Below are positions 27,056 to 41,438 of a stretch of 64,000 bases of DNA, in pieces. This DNA is from Octopus vulgaris (Eukaryota), in assembly GCA_951406725.2 (NCBI GenBank), contig OX597818.1, forward strand, positions 79,236,001-79,300,000, written 5' to 3'. The position numbers and the translations under genes were made by a program. Every line of letters begins with the position of its first letter. Position 1 is the first letter of the stretch. Under the pieces are notes generated by a model. That model ran no database searches. It saw only the letters and a list, made by a program, of their open reading frames with translations, and was not told the DNA's origin.

Positions 27056-27099
<44 letters not shown>

Positions 27100-27107
<8 letters not shown>

Positions 27108-27290
27108 TCCAAGCATGAAAACACAAAGAGAAATCACTACAACGCGAGGACGTGGAACAAGTATAATATTACTGGACGCTCAGGAAAGAAGGAAAGAAAG
27201 AGGGTTTAACGTTTCGAGCAGAGCTCTTCGTCAGAAACATAGGAAAAGGAAATATCCAAAGAAGGGAAGACAGAGGGAAAAAAGTCGCCT
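27100..27290 (-). mobile_element. About 190-bp hammerhead-bearing element (family A), next to (TA)n
   Basis: Reverse complement of about 34045-34233. Confidence 0.75.
27204..27238 (-). ncRNA. Minimal type I hammerhead ribozyme
   Basis: guuu-CUGACGA-a-gagc-ucu-gcuc-GAAACGUU-aaac. Confidence 0.75.
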
Positions 27291-27369
27291 GTGCGTATGT
27301 AGGTATAATGTATGTGTGTGCGTGTGAGAATGTTTATGTATGCATATCCATGTGCATGCACACACAGAA

Positions 27370-27835
27370 ATGAGAATTGTACCGAAAGTAATGCTAAAGT
27401 CCGTGCTTTTTATCCATTGCTCATGTTCGTAGGGTATCTCGTCCTGTATAGAACCTTTCTTCTTGACATAATCCTGTGTAGGTAATTTTTGTTTTCACAA
27501 ATAGAAGTAACGAGCGCTGTAATTAAGTTATTGCCGAAGAGAATGTGCAAGCTATCTTTTATTTAGAAATGATTATAGGTTGTAACATTGAAAAGGTGGA
27601 TGAAAAGTTTTAAAAAAAGGAGAAACAAGCACCGAAGATAAACCACGAAGTGAGAAAAACCTTCAAATACAACCTTCGTCAGCGAGGTGAGGACGCGATG
27701 GACAATGTCAAACATTTCAAAATACGTGTGTTTGTTGGGTAACTTGACTGTGGTCTCAATGAATTACAGAAGATGGTGGAAAAGTTTAGGAATCAGAGAG
27801 TGTATTCAAAATGGGTTACTCGGCAGTTAACCCAC
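27370..27835 (+). mobile_element. Mariner 5' fragment, decayed
   Basis: RWMKSFKKGETSTEDKPRS and VYSKWVTRQLT (WVPHEL motif). Confidence 0.7.
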
Positions 27836-27911
27836 GTTATATATATATATATATACAGAGTGAGAGACGCATACATACAAGAATACATATTTCCTACATA
27901 TGATTATGAAT

Positions 27912-27994
<83 letters not shown>

Positions 27995-28195
27995 TCACGG
28001 AATTTTGTCTGTGAACAGGTCGCGGTCTCAAAGGGACGAAAATATTTTGGCAAATAAAATTTAAATGTTGAAGTGAATCTAACGGTTTTTGTGTGTTTCT
28101 TAAATGGCTTATAAACACCTTCTATGCTGCAATTGTTTTCGTTTCAGCACATGATCTCAGATCAGGTCACTTGCTATGTAAGTACGTCTCCGTAA

Positions 28196-28238
<43 letters not shown>

Positions 28239-28297
28239 CACACATATACATATACATATACATATATATGTACGTGTGCAAGTACATCTCCGTAATG

Positions 28298-28378
<81 letters not shown>

Positions 28379-29239
28379 GCATATACATATACATATATAT
28401 GTGCGTGTGCATTTATGCAGTCGCATGCTGAGAAAATAACATACGTAGGCGTGAAAACTGGGAAACCAGTGCATTTTAAAGGAATTCCTTTTGGATATTT
28501 GTTAGTTTTGCTCAAAATAGACACACTCCCTTGGTAGGAGATAGCAAGTGTAAAAGCGATATCGCTACAAACGATCACTGATTCAAATTGATAATAAATT
28601 AAAAAGAAATCTCTGAAGAGGATGCTAACCTTTTCCTTTAAAGTCATATGGGACGCGAAAGTGAATTTGATATAACTGTGAATCGTAAATAGGTCAAAGC
28701 GTAAACTTTGAATGACTGTCTTTCCCTGTATCTATTATAACGTCTCCACAAAATTTAGATTGCTGTTTTACAATTATTTTAGGGACTGGTGCATATTTAA
28801 TTGTACTAGAAAGATAACGTGGAATATTGGGAGGTGACATCTGTTTTACTGCTTTTTTGAAAAAATTATCATAACCTTCCTGCTACCATCTGTAATCAAG
28901 TGCATTATCATAAACTTGGCCACTTCAGTTTGATGTTTCGAACAGAGTCGACTCTGCTGAATGTGAATAGGAGAATTTATGACCGTTTCCTTTAACCAAA
29001 TTTTGCTCATATCGGTGTCATCAATTTTAGGCTATATTAGAAGACACTAAAATGTTGTACAGAAAAGCCAGAAGCGGAAACCATGATGCCACAATGCGAA
29101 GTATTTAACTTCACTGCCAATATCTCTTGTCTTGCAACTATCTCTTGTCTTACCCAGTAACTGTTTTGGAGTTTGTGAGCATTGGAAGTTGTGGCGTTCA
29201 TGCCTCTCTTTTGATAATTATTTTTTGTTGTAATTGACC

Positions 29240-29410
29240 TGACATGGATCCGACATTAGTGTAACGATTAGATAGATATACAGTACTTGATTGATTGCTA
29301 GTTATTTTATCGACTTCGGGATGATGAAAGCTGGATTGGATTTTGAACTCAAAACTTAAAAGGATGAACCTAAATAGCACCAAGATTTATCCTGAGTCAT
29401 TATCAAATAA
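29240..29410 (-). mobile_element. SINE (3773 family), decayed
   Basis: ttttatcgacttcgggatgatgaaag...tttgaactca. Confidence 0.45.
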
Positions 29411-30251
29411 TCAAATAACGTATCATTATAGTACCCAACCATAAACATAAAAGATTCGGACTAATGACTCAATAAATAAACTATAGCAAATGTGTAACTG
29501 CGCCACCTGAATCCAAAGTTAGTTCCTTCTAATAATTGTTATTTTAAGGATACTTGGCCCGAGTGAGTGAGCCTACTGTAAGCTGGCAATTGTAGAAGAG
29601 AACGGATGGGAGAGAGACGCCCTCGATGTTGCCCTTAGCAGTGGGAGTGACCCATGATCTGTGGGGTTTTTTGGTTACCCCTGAGTGGCTTGTCTATCTA
29701 TTGTTGTTAAAATTCTCGTGTTGTTATTGTTATTATTTACACGTTATTAAATATATGTAAATCCCCTCTATCCTTTGTTTTAGTCGTGCTCTAAGTGTTG
29801 TGTGCGGCCTTTGGGGCTAATAAAGAGAAAACATATTTTAAGAACACTATGTGGAACGACTGTTTTACCTTTGAAATATTTTTTGAAAGCCCATAACATT
29901 TTAAAAGTCTGTGAGTTTCTCTTACAAAATAAAATAAATATATCATTTGAAAATGAATGGTTTTGATATAAATAAAATAAAACAAAATAAAAATAAAGTA
30001 TTATAAAAATAAAGGAATTTTCTCAAATCCAGCCTGCCAGAACATCTACTTATTACGTCTGTGAGTAGAGTGGGTTAAAATCAATTTAGTTTATGGTGTA
30101 TAATTTAATAATATTTGTTATTCTTCTGCATCGTTAATCGATTCTATAATAACCGCAGTTCACATTTGGCAACGTATGAGAGAAACATTACCGGCCATGT
30201 AAAAATACTTTGCCAATATTAGGAATGGTAATAGTACTATTAGTAGCAGTG

Positions 30252-30329
<78 letters not shown>

Positions 30330-30354
30330 GTAATGGTAACGGTAATGCGATTTA

Positions 30355-31310
30355 TTCAACGTGTTCGGAGCAAATTGGCATGACCCAAAAACTTAAGTTG
30401 ATTAATAATTGCCAAACTTTGTGAAGCAAAGGGGATAATTATAAATACTTAGATCTATTATTGGTTGATATCATGCAAGCAGCGCACACTTGCAATAACA
30501 TTAAATATTTTTATATTTCAATATAACACCATCGATTTCGTCGTCTGTTGAATTATAAAATACAATATTTAGTTTATCCAATCATTTTTACTTGAGTTAA
30601 GGGTCAGTATTCGTATCTGGGGTTAGTATACTGTCTTATAGTACTTTCTATTATTTTATTAAATGCACAATAAAGCAAAACATTCAAAGTTAATTACTTA
30701 AGAATATAATGCACTACTGTTGACCAATCAGCGTCTTTATGACTAATCCGGATCTAACTTACTGATCAAACTGATCAAACGATATTGATTTATGTCTTTG
30801 ACTTAGAAACAATGTTTCTTTTTTCTTCTTTCAGCAAATCATAACCTGGCAGAATGTGAACTAAAATGCGTAAGGCACTTAGTTCTGTACTTCCTTTTTC
30901 TGATGACTCATATCTCTAGTGGCTTATTAATTTTTATATTAAGTATAAGGTCATAATAGAAAGGTGAGATGTGTCACATGATTCAGTTGTTTATTGTGTT
31001 TAATTTCATCAAATTTTGCGATGGAGTAAAAACCGAACATTGCAATAGTTTTAATCCAGCCTTCAACCGGTTCAAATATCTCTGCTGCTCTTGCTAGATA
31101 ACGGATATCGATTTCTTACTACATAGAACACTGTAATATGCATGGAGGATGTAGTGGTGGCTGGGGGACTGTGTGACGTTGATATCTTTGTGAAGAGAAT
31201 CACACACTGGTGGAGTTAAGAGAGGTGAATTTGCATCAATGGAAAATCAAAGCCAGATCCATATCAAAGTTTGTAAAAGAATACTCCACGGATCTCATCT
31301 GAATTAACAA
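30355..31310 (+). mobile_element. Possible highly decayed Tc1-like transposon
   Basis: actgta..catggaggatgtagtggtggctggggg similar to TVKHGGGSV.VWG; atatcaaagtttgtaaaagaa similar to HTSK.VKE. Confidence 0.35.
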
Positions 31311-32059
31311 GTATATTTTGTTGACTGGTATATTGGAAGTATTAGAAGTATTTGTGTAATTAACTTTGAAAGTAATAAAGACAAAAACAAATCTGGCTGT
31401 ATTTGAAATTAAAGTGTAGTGAAGAACGAAATAAATAATGCAATGAATTTAGTCCATCGCTGCAAGCTCTTTTTACCAAAGTTAGCGATAGTCATTTATT
31501 TCCGATTCCACACAAATGCTCTGACTTAGGGAGAAGAAATCGAATATGATGATAGTTATACCTTCCTAATCTTTGTTCTAAACAGCATTAGTTTACGCCA
31601 GGAATTGTATTTCAACTATAGATTCTTATATTAAGTTAATCATGCTTGGAAGAACATTGTTGCTGTCTTTCCAAAATGTTCAGTGGAAACGAAAATTTGT
31701 GCTAATTCTTTTTATATGGCTCTGAATAGCTTAAAATCTGCGGACGTTTGTGATATGATTATTCCTTCTTTTGATATCTATTACATAATAATTTCAGTAA
31801 CGTACAGTGTAAGTTATACTGGACTGAATTGTTATACTGAATTGTTACACGTAATATGAGGAAACAACAATAAGATGGTTTCAGAAATAAGCCTCTCTGA
31901 ATTACATACATGAACATATACATAGAATAATATGCATGAATTTATATGTTTGTGTGTTTATATGCGTATGAGTATCTCCCAATTTGTGTTCCCCAGCGCC
32001 GCTTGACAGTCGCTGCTTATTTATTTACGATTGTGTAAGCAGTGACCCGGCAAAAGATA

Positions 32060-32508
32060 GTGATACAGTCGCCTGTCACCCATCACTATGTGATGAATAC
32101 GATCAATGTTTTCCTCAGTGGTGGCAGTTGCAGGACGTCCAGACCTTGAGTCATCTGCAAGAATCTTCTTTTGCTTCCTAATTACGGCTGCCTACTTTTG
32201 CGCTCTTGATTAAGTTGGTGCCTCATCCTTTAATGTAGTAACTATATCTGCATGAATGTCGTTGGGGATTAAATCCTTTTTCTGCAGGTACTTGATAACA
32301 CCATGGGACAAAATTTTGTCCATTTTTCAAGAGGATTCGTTACTGGTTACTTTTGAAGTGTTCTTCGAACAGTCGGATGTCAGTTTACCTGGAAAGAAAC
32401 GCGGCAGTTATCAATAGGAAGCGCTGGAATTAATTAATGGATTTAAGATTTTACAGCTCCAGCGTCACTCCGTCATAGTCAGCCTTTAATCGTTTCGGCC
32501 CACCCTCG
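32060..32508 (-). mobile_element. Mariner 5' part (TIR + N-terminal transposase)
   Basis: TA-CGAGGGTGGGCCGAAA TIR; MDKILSHGVIKYLQKKG...DDSRSGRPATATTEENIDRIHHIVMGDRRL. Confidence 0.85.
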
Positions 32509-32510
32509 TA

Positions 32511-32560
<50 letters not shown>

Positions 32561-32574
32561 TTGATATTTATTAA

Positions 32575-33250
32575 TTATTTATTGATAATTATTAATAAAT
32601 GAAAAATATTATAGGTGGCTAGTTAGCAAAAATGAAAACCAGAAGGCAAATTTATAAACAAGGGTGCTAAATAGCACCAGCGTTGCTAGAAATAAGCGTT
32701 AAAAGCAACTCATTTAGCCACAATAACACTAAAAGTTAACGAACTGACGAAATCGTGGGAGCGAGAAAAATATCCAACATACCAAAGCGAGGGACAATCG
32801 CAAATGACCGCTGGTGCTTTCTAATACACTTGTTTAGAAATTTGGCTTTTGGTTTTTTTTTTTGCTAACTAGCCAGCTATATTATTATTCATTAATAATA
32901 ATATCATTATTTATTAATAATAACATCATTATCATTTATTAATGATAATATCATTATTTATAATTATACACTACTACCGTTTTAATTTGGCGCTAGCCCT
33001 TAACGGTTTTAACAAGCTTGTACGTGGCGGTTAACCTTTTAGCCCCAGTCAGTAAGACCCAATGAGAGATATCTGAGAGTTCGAAGTCACGTGAGATGGG
33101 TATATCTGCATTTTCACTTGCGACTGTCCCTCACATTGGTATGTTGGCTATTTTTCTCGCTCCCCTGATTTCGTCAGCTTGTTAACTTTTAGTGCCTTTG
33201 TGGCTAATTGAGCCGCTTTTGATTCTTATTTCCAGCAACGTTGTACCCTT

Positions 33251-33258
<8 letters not shown>
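32575..33258. repeat. Interleaved inverted-repeat element between (TA)n tracts
   Basis: About 32600-32682 pairs with 32810-32900; about 32680-32807 pairs with 33114-33242. Confidence 0.75.
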
Positions 33259-33323
<65 letters not shown>

Positions 33324-33372
33324 CGTGTGTGTGTGTGTGTGTGTTTGCGTGCGTGTGTGTGTGTGTGTTTGC

Positions 33373-33411
<39 letters not shown>

Positions 33412-33646
33412 TGTGTGTCTGTGTCTGTGTCTGTGTGTCTGTGTCTGTGTCTGTGTGTCTGTGTCGGTGTGTAGAAGGTTGATATTTTCCTGTTTTCTCT
33501 CTCTTTCTACCTACCGATACTTCACATAGGAAAGGATACAGAGACAGAAAAAAGGAAAATGTCCTACATATTTGAAGACTGGAAATATTTACGATACATT
33601 TCATTTAACTTTTTTCTAAAATTTAATTGTTTTTCTTGTTTTACTT

Positions 33647-33684
33647 TTAGCTGAAAAAGTCGAAAAGTCTGAAACCGGTACTAA
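33647..33684 (+). ncRNA. Degenerate hammerhead motif
   Basis: uuag-CUGAAAA-..-GAAACCGGUA-cuaa; G8A without C3U, weak stem II. Confidence 0.4.
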
Positions 33685-33747
33685 CCTTCACAAAATATAC
33701 TTCATGATAAAATTATTTTACCATTTTCTACCTTGTCCTATTTTCCT

Positions 33748-33788
<41 letters not shown>

Positions 33789-34044
33789 ATATTTTATAAG
33801 CTTAAAGCTTATAAGCTGTCTCCATGTAATGACTAGAGGAAATAGTCTACTTTCTTTAGTAATTTTATAAGTTTTAAACTAATAACATATTATTATTTAC
33901 AGAATTGTAAAATCGACACTGCTTACCAAAAGACCATCGAATACACACATACACATATATATGTGCGTGTGTGTGTGTGTACATAAATATATTTACATAC
34001 ATATGTATCTACAGACACACACACACACACCGCGTGTGTACCGT

Positions 34045-34233
34045 TGGTGACTTTTTTTCCTCCGTCTTCCACTCTCTGGATCTTCCCTTTTCCTATGTTT
34101 CTGACGAAGAGCTCCGCTCGAAACGTAAAACCCTCCTTCTTCCCTTCCTTCCTGAGCGTCCAATAATACTATATTTCTTCCACGTCCTCGCGTTGTTGTG
34201 TTTTCTCTTTGTGTTTTCATGTTTGGATTAACT
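34045..34233 (+). mobile_element. Hammerhead-bearing element (family A)
   Basis: Paralog of 27100-27290; ends at (TA)n. Confidence 0.75.
34097..34131 (+). ncRNA. Minimal type I hammerhead ribozyme
   Basis: guuu-CUGACGA-a-gagc-ucc-gcuc-GAAACGUA-aaac. Confidence 0.78.
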
Positions 34234-34242
34234 ATATATATA

Positions 34243-34292
<50 letters not shown>

Positions 34293-35617
34293 GTATATAT
34301 AGATGCATACATATATGCATTCACACACTCTCACACGCACAAGGAGAGGGAAAATAGTCACACACAGAGTGGGACACGGTTAGAGAGAGAGAGAGGGGGG
34401 TAAAGAGAGTGTCAAGCATGTAGTGGACCGATCATAGTAGATGTTAGGCTAGCAGTTAGACTAACCCATTGTCAATGAATGTCTTTGTAAATAATTCTAT
34501 GCCACCTAAACCAGATGCAAATCTAAGAAATTCCATTGTTATTTTATCTTAGTAACAACAGTGGTATTTCTCTAGAATCGTGTCTGTTTGCTCTAAAGTC
34601 ATCTCACTAACTCAGAAACAATGATATACTTCATTTAAGAAGTGAAGACTTTTACATAATTTTGTTTTATGGTTTTCTTCGTTCTGAACTAAATTTATGT
34701 TATTGTAATAAACGACCAGCGAATTTTCATTTTATTTGAGTTCATAAATTTACTTATTTATGTTTGTCTGTCATGATTTTGAAACAGAACGATGCTTATT
34801 TCGTTTTAGTTGTTACAAAACCACGTTCACAGATACAAACAAGTTCTATAAGAATGTCGCTCAATCATTCTAATTGCAGCTAACATTTCAATGGAAAGCT
34901 GCATGTAAACAGAAGCACGCACAGCAAACATTAAATAAACAAAGACATCCCATGTTTTGTGACATCAATACATTTTTACGTAAGCTTACAGAAAGTGATC
35001 TTTCAACACAGGATTCCCTTCTCTTACTATAATGAACAGCAAAAGCCACTTACAATAGCGTTTGATATTGAAATAAAATAAACGTATTCATTTGAGGACG
35101 TAAAAAGTTTCTTTAAATGATTACAATGCGGATAGATTTCATGGTTTAATATTTGGAAAATAAAAGATAAAAAAAAGATCAAGAGGTTATATTTTACACA
35201 CATGCTTGGAGATAATATCTCATGAGTTTAACAAACTTTTGCACAACTTTTCTTTCTGCACTTCGATATATTAACTGTCACGTTTTTTTTACCTTTAAGC
35301 TCGGTATCTCTATTTCGCTTTCTCCTATCTTGATTTCTTTCTCACACACTGACACGCAGACACGCATACGTGTATGTGTATGTGATGCGTGTGTGTGGGT
35401 GTGTGTGTGTGTGTGTGTGTGTGAAAGAGAGTATATTAATAAGAGTGGTGTCGGCATATTTAAACAATGATAAGTAGAAATTAAGGTATTTTATATCTGA
35501 TTTCAAAGTGGCACCATAAAAGATCTCGGCATGAGAGGAAACTGCTCTCAGCGTGGTTTAGCGATAAAATCACATATGATTGTATGTGTATGTGCGTGCA
35601 CGTCTGTGTGTTTGTGC

Positions 35618-35704
<87 letters not shown>

Positions 35705-36499
35705 TGCGTGCGTGTGCGTGCGTGTGTATCGGGGTGAGATTATGTGAGAAACACGATACTTGGAGTAGTGAAGAGTTTTCTTCAAATAAATGAACAAATT
35801 TTATTACATAAGTAAATATTTTATTTCACTTGTATACCTACCACACACACACACTTGCATAGCAGTCCCCAGCGCATTCGCACACGCACACACGTGTCTT
35901 TATAGAGATTTTCATTGATTATATTATTGATTTCTGTTCTATAGGTTTATCTCATCACTAACATAGATAACATTTAGTGCAATTATTTCACAGTAGTTTG
36001 ATCTCATGAAAAGTAGCTCGGCTTGTCTAGAATTTTAAAATGTTAAAAGACTATTTCATATCTTTTTATTTTAGTACAAGAATGGTTGATGCCGTTTAGC
36101 CCTAGGTGGGTCCTATGACCAGGTAAAGCCACATTTTAACACGTATGATCCCATCTTTTTCTCAGCCATATTAGAAGTGATATTAAATCATAAAGTAAGT
36201 CTCAGTTTTTAAAACTGTATGTTAATCAAAGACCAGTGTAGCTGGTTTTTCTGTCGGATTGTATGACTTCCAAGGAGCCGACCAGGCTGTCATCTTAATG
36301 AATAGTTTTGTAGAACGGCAATTAGTATTCTTTTAATTTACAATAAATTTCTTGGAACTTCTATTTTAATATTTTGTAATATTTTTGGTTCATCGTGTTC
36401 TCTCTCTATCCAGCGTATATATTCTCGATACGAATATTCTCTTAAATTTATAAAGTTTTGAATGTTGTGCCGTCTCATCAACATCGTCAGTAACCCGAG

Positions 36500-36830
36500 T
36501 TCTGAGACGCATACGGGCAGTTATCCGGTTTCCATGATGTATAAGTAACCGAGATCAAAACATTCTCGGGCTGCTATTTACCGCTGGATGGGAACATAAA
36601 ATGAAGTGTTATGTCGCGCACACAGTGTAATTCACTGTGCGAATCCACCAACCAACTACTAAGCCATGCGCCTCCACTCCGGAGGTCGACTTTGTCTTTC
36701 ATCCTTTCGGGGTCGATAAATTAAGTACCAGTTACGCACTGGGGTCGATGCAATCGACTTAATCCCTTTGTCTGTCCTTGTTTGTCTACGTTATGTTTAG
36801 CCTCTTGTGGGCAATAAAGAAATAAGATGT
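36500..36830. mobile_element. Two abutting SINE pieces (minus about 36500-36678; plus 36679-36830)
   Basis: ccaactactaagccatgcgcctccac head on minus; gaggtcgactttgtctttcatcctttcggggtcgataaattaagtaccag core on plus. Confidence 0.7.
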
Positions 36831-37449
36831 TGATACAACCACTAACTCAAAGCGAATAGTTTATTTTAAGAATGTTATTGATCTGATCATCAAAACCTTT
36901 TTAAAATGGTATTTCAAGATATTTTATAGTATTGCATACTATTTGATAATCATATCATTACCAAATCACTGCCACCTCGTTTCTTGTTAAATCGACCGTG
37001 ACTTTTCCTACTATTTATTGAATGCCTGTCTAGTTACCATTGCATGTTGATACACTAAGAAATACCTATCTCTAACTTATACTCCACAAACATACACAAG
37101 ACTAGAGTTGCAGAATTGGTAAAAGCCGTTTCCCTTCGTTTCTGAGTTATTCATATTTTAGTCAGATGAAATACTGAATCATAGTTTTTTAGAATTTTAC
37201 AGGTTTCAAGTCATTGTTATGTGCTAGTACTGGAATAATACCTTTAACTATATAAGTCACAATATCGACCCTTGACTTTTCAGTTCAAGGTATTACATCG
37301 ACTCTACATGAATGACATGCAAAGCCAATGTAGCCGGGAATTGTATGTTCCCAAATAAAGCAAGTTGTATTGCCCGACACTCAACCGATTAGAAGGTAAT
37401 CACCAATTAATACTATTAAATATATTTTCTTAAATATGGACTCAGACAT

Positions 37450-37822
37450 AAATTTGTGGTGAAAAATTTCGCTTTGTAATCAGGTAGTTTCGAGCCCAGC
37501 CCCACTGCAAGTAGGAAATTTTTGACGACTGTCTTCAGTTTCAGCCTTAGGTCGACCAAAACCTTTTGAGTGGATCTGGTAGACGGAAACTGAGTGGCAG
37601 CCTGTTCTATATGTACGAGTGTGTACCAAAATGTTCCTGGCTTTGAGTAAAAGAAAATACAGGAGGATCAGTTAATTGTGTTTTTATTCATGATGTTCCT
37701 CTCTCAGATTCCTTCAGTTTTTCTAAGCTTTGTAAAAGAACTCGGAAGCTTGGGCCTCAAACCAAGCCTTTCACGACACCCTTAGAGCCAGGCATTTTTC
37801 AGCACTCCTTCGTATATATATA

Positions 37823-37864
<42 letters not shown>

Positions 37865-38020
37865 TTTGTGTCTGAGTTTGTTCCCTCTTGCAGCTTGATG
37901 TTAGTTTGTTTACATCCACGTAACCTAGCTGTTCGGCAAAAAATATCTGATAAAATAAGAGCCAGATTAAAAAAGCCAATAAGCACAACCTTCGATCTTT
38001 TCAACCAAATCCTTCAAAGT
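37450..38020 (+). mobile_element. SINE (38892 family) interrupted by a mariner MITE
   Basis: gagtggatctggtagacggaaactga ... gttcggcaaaa. Confidence 0.55.
37614..37814. mobile_element. Mariner-derived MITE
   Basis: TIRs tacgagtgtgtaccaaaatgttcctggctt / agagccaggcatttttcagcactccttcgta, TA-flanked. Confidence 0.75.
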
Positions 38021-38479
38021 GATGCGTAACATAACAAGTAAAAAAGAGAAGATTGCTGAAATTTACATAGTCATTGTAGTATTCCAATGCTATTTTGGTA
38101 TTCCCCATATTCTGCCACTCGGCTTCGCTTACATCAATGGCTTCTAATACACAACGGGCTTCTTTCAGTTTCCGTCTACCAAATCCAATGTGTAATAGAT
38201 GCCACAAGACCAGTAGTTATCAGAATGCAGCATTTGTACGGAGTTACTTTCTCCTAACTGAGCCAGTAAGAAAGTATTTGAGAAGTCTTGTTCTGGTGGC
38301 AATTCCATGATATGCTAATTAAAGCATAGCTGAGATACTGACTGGTGCTAATACTTCGGGTAAGAGCAGACCTGAGAACAATAGCAGCTAAGAGATGGTT
38401 ACATACTCCTCAAAATCTTGAAACTCCAGAGCCAGGGGCCCACAACCGGATGCAGATTAAAGTCATACCAGTATATTGA

Positions 38480-38830
38480 TTAAATTTTGGCACAATGCCA
38501 GCAGTTTCAGTGAAGGGAAAAGTCGATTACATTGATCCAGTACCAGCATCGACTGTGAAGAATGAAAACCAAAGTTAAACTCGGCGGTATTTAAGTTCCG
38601 AATGTAAAGACGGACGAAATACCACCAACCATTTTGCCTTGTGTGCTAACGATTTTGCGAGCTTGCCGCCTTAGTAATACCCATTATATAGGTTTCAAAT
38701 TTCTGCACAAGACCAGTGATTTCGGGGTCGGGGGTAAGTCGATTACATCGACCCCAGTGCTCAACTGGTACTCATTTTATCGATCCCGAAATGATGAAAG
38801 GCAAAATCAACCTCGGAAAATTTGAACTCC
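38480..38830 (-). mobile_element. Two SINE copies (3773 family)
   Basis: aagtcgattacat...aaagttaaactcggcgg; second copy about 38700-38828. Confidence 0.7.
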
Positions 38831-38891
38831 CAGCGCATTATATCCCGTATATTACAAACTATATTCTCTTCCAAATAAACCGTTCAGTGAC

Positions 38892-39293
38892 TTACTCTTT
38901 TACTCTTTTACTTGTTTTAGTTATTTGACTGCGGTCATGCTGGAGCACCACCTTTAGTAGAGCAAATCGATCCCAGGACTTATTCTTCGTAAGCCTAGTA
39001 CTTATTCTATCGGTTTCTTTTTCCGAAACGCTAAGTTACGGGGACGTAAACACACCACCATCGGCTGTCATGGGCGGGGGGCAGACATAGACAAACAAAC
39101 ACACACACATACATATATATACATATATACGACGGGCTTCTTTCAGTTTCCGTCTACCAAATCCACTCACAAGGATTTGGTCGGCCCGAGGCTATAGTAG
39201 AAGACACTTGCCCGAGGTGCCACGCAGTGCGACTGAACCCGGAACCGTGTGGTTGGTAAGCAAGCTACTTACCACACAGCCACTTCTGCGCCT
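38892..39293 (-). mobile_element. Full-length tRNA-derived SINE, well preserved
   Basis: aggcgcagaagtggctgtgtggtaagtagcttgcttaccaaccacacggttccgggttcagtc...ggcacctcgggcaagtgtcttc; internal TG/TA repeat; (agtaaaag)n-like tail. Confidence 0.9.
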
Positions 39294-39624
39294 ATTTACA
39301 TTATGTTATCACTTAATCTTATTTTTTCTGTTTTTCTAAGTTTATGCCTTATGAACATTTGCAATGATCGCCAAGTAAAACACTTGCAAATACAAATTGA
39401 AAGATAATGCAAATCTCACTAGATACAATCATACCAAAAGCAAACACGACTAATCAGAACAAACGTGACTTTCTGATTCAGCTTAAGAGAAAAAAACTAT
39501 GTACAGAAAATAGGTATGCGCAAAAATTGACAATATATTGAAAGACCAATTTAGAATCTGCAGAAATAAGACACCAGTGTTGCAGAAAAATAATCATAAA
39601 CTAAACCATTAATCTTTAACCTTT

Positions 39625-40440
39625 TATTTATCTATTTGTTTCAGTTACTGGACTGTGGCTATACTGGAGCACAGCCTTAAATGATTTAGTCAAACAAATT
39701 GCTTACAGTACTTATGGTTTAAGTCTAGTAATTACAGTTAACTTACGGAGATGTAAACAAACCAACGCGAGTCTTCAAGCGGTAGGAGGGACTCACGCAA
39801 ACAAAAACACACGCACACACACGTACACACACACATACACACACACACACACACACATACACACACACACACACATACACACACATAATGTGCTTGCACA
39901 CAGCTTCCGCCTTCCAAATTCACGTCTAACAATGGATTTACTGGTCCGGGGCTATAGTATATTTCTTTATTGCCCACAAGGAGCTAAACACAGAGGGACA
40001 AACAAGGACAGACAACAGGTTTAAATCGATTACATCGATCCCAGTGTGTAACTGGTACTTACTTAATCTACCCCGAAAGGATGAAGAGCAAAGTCGACCT
40101 CGGCGGAACTTGAACTCAGAATGCAACGGCAGACGAAATACTTATTTCTTTACTACCGACAAGGGGCCAAACACAGAGAGGACAAACAAGGACACGCAAA
40201 AAGATTAAGTCGATTATATCGACCCCAGTGCGTAGCTGGTACTTATTTAATCGACCCCGAAAGGATGAAAGGCAAAGTCGACCTCGGCGGAATTTGAACT
40301 CAGAACGTAACGGCAGACGAAATATGTGCTAACGATTCTACCAGTTCTCCTTTACCCAAGATATCCTGCCATCGGGTTGAATCCAAACACACTTGGTAAC
40401 AAAGCTAGTTTCTTAAGTACACAGCCATGTCTACGCCTGT
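39625..40440 (-). mobile_element. SINE with nested tandem SINE dimer (39959-40141, 40142-40352)
   Basis: Two consecutive copies of atttcttta...cgaaaggatgaa..gcaaagtcgacctcggcggaa.ttgaactcagaa inside a 38892-family copy. Confidence 0.8.
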
Positions 40441-41403
40441 CTAAGCGAGGATTTTGATTTAACTCCTAAAGAAATATTAAATAAAATGACAAAATAAAGG
40501 CATGAATAGACAAAGGAGGAATGCGATTCTTTGTTATGAACATATTTCCTAAATACTCAATGCCAAACACAAGAAATTACTGTAGACTGTACATAGCATC
40601 TCTCGTGGAATCTGTAACTCTTTGAAAAGTTAAATTTAGATGGATGCCAAGAGATTATCTAATGCAGGAATATAAATACATAAAACTACAGAAATATCAG
40701 ATGTAGAAACATAAGAGTTTAAAAAGAAAGTAGAAAACAAATAAACAAAAGAAACGAAAGAACAAAACAAATAACAATGATATAAAACAATAAAGGCATA
40801 AGCCTGGAATATCAAGGAATAAAAAGAAAAATGTCAAATATGAAAAAGAAAAAATTCTCAGAATACAAAAAGAAGCAGCAAAGTCTGTAAATTTCGCAGA
40901 ATATTGACAAACAAAAACAAAAGCTAAAACGGAATTACGTTAGTGAGAAAAATATGGAAGGCCAAGTGAATATGAAATGGAAGAAATATGGTAAATAAAA
41001 AAAAGGTATTAAAGATAATAAAATAGTGTACAGATGCAGAAAGAACGGAAGAGTCTACCATAGATATTAAAACATAGAAAGACAAGTATAGTGGCGAACG
41101 GTAATTGAATCATGTGGAAACAAATATCACCAACGAAAACACAAATAAACCAACGAGGAACATTACACACAGTCACATACGTATACATATTTGTGTGTAC
41201 ATATACGCACAAATATATATATGTGTGCGAGTATGTTTGTGTGTGTGTATGTGCGTCTGTTTATCTGTGCGTGTACGCATATGTTTGCATGTATGTATTT
41301 ATGTTTGTATGTAAATATATACACGCATATATCCATAGTATTTTACATACATGCATACATATATTACATTATATATATATACGTATGTGTATGTATATAC
41401 ACA

Positions 41404-41438
<35 letters not shown>

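Noticed and set aside
29537-29898. Solo-LTR-like block (TG start, ATTAAA)
   Set aside because: No matching CA end with TSD found
30835-30869. Candidate 35-nt micro-exon (polypyrimidine-CAG ... GTAAG; NHNLAECELKC)
   Set aside because: No partner exons or recognisable homology; such signals arise by chance; needs RNA-seq
31125-31180. HGGCSGGWGTV resembling an SRCR WGTVCD or EGF-like exon
   Set aside because: Immediate stops; better explained as a decayed Tc1 KHGGGSV.VWG motif
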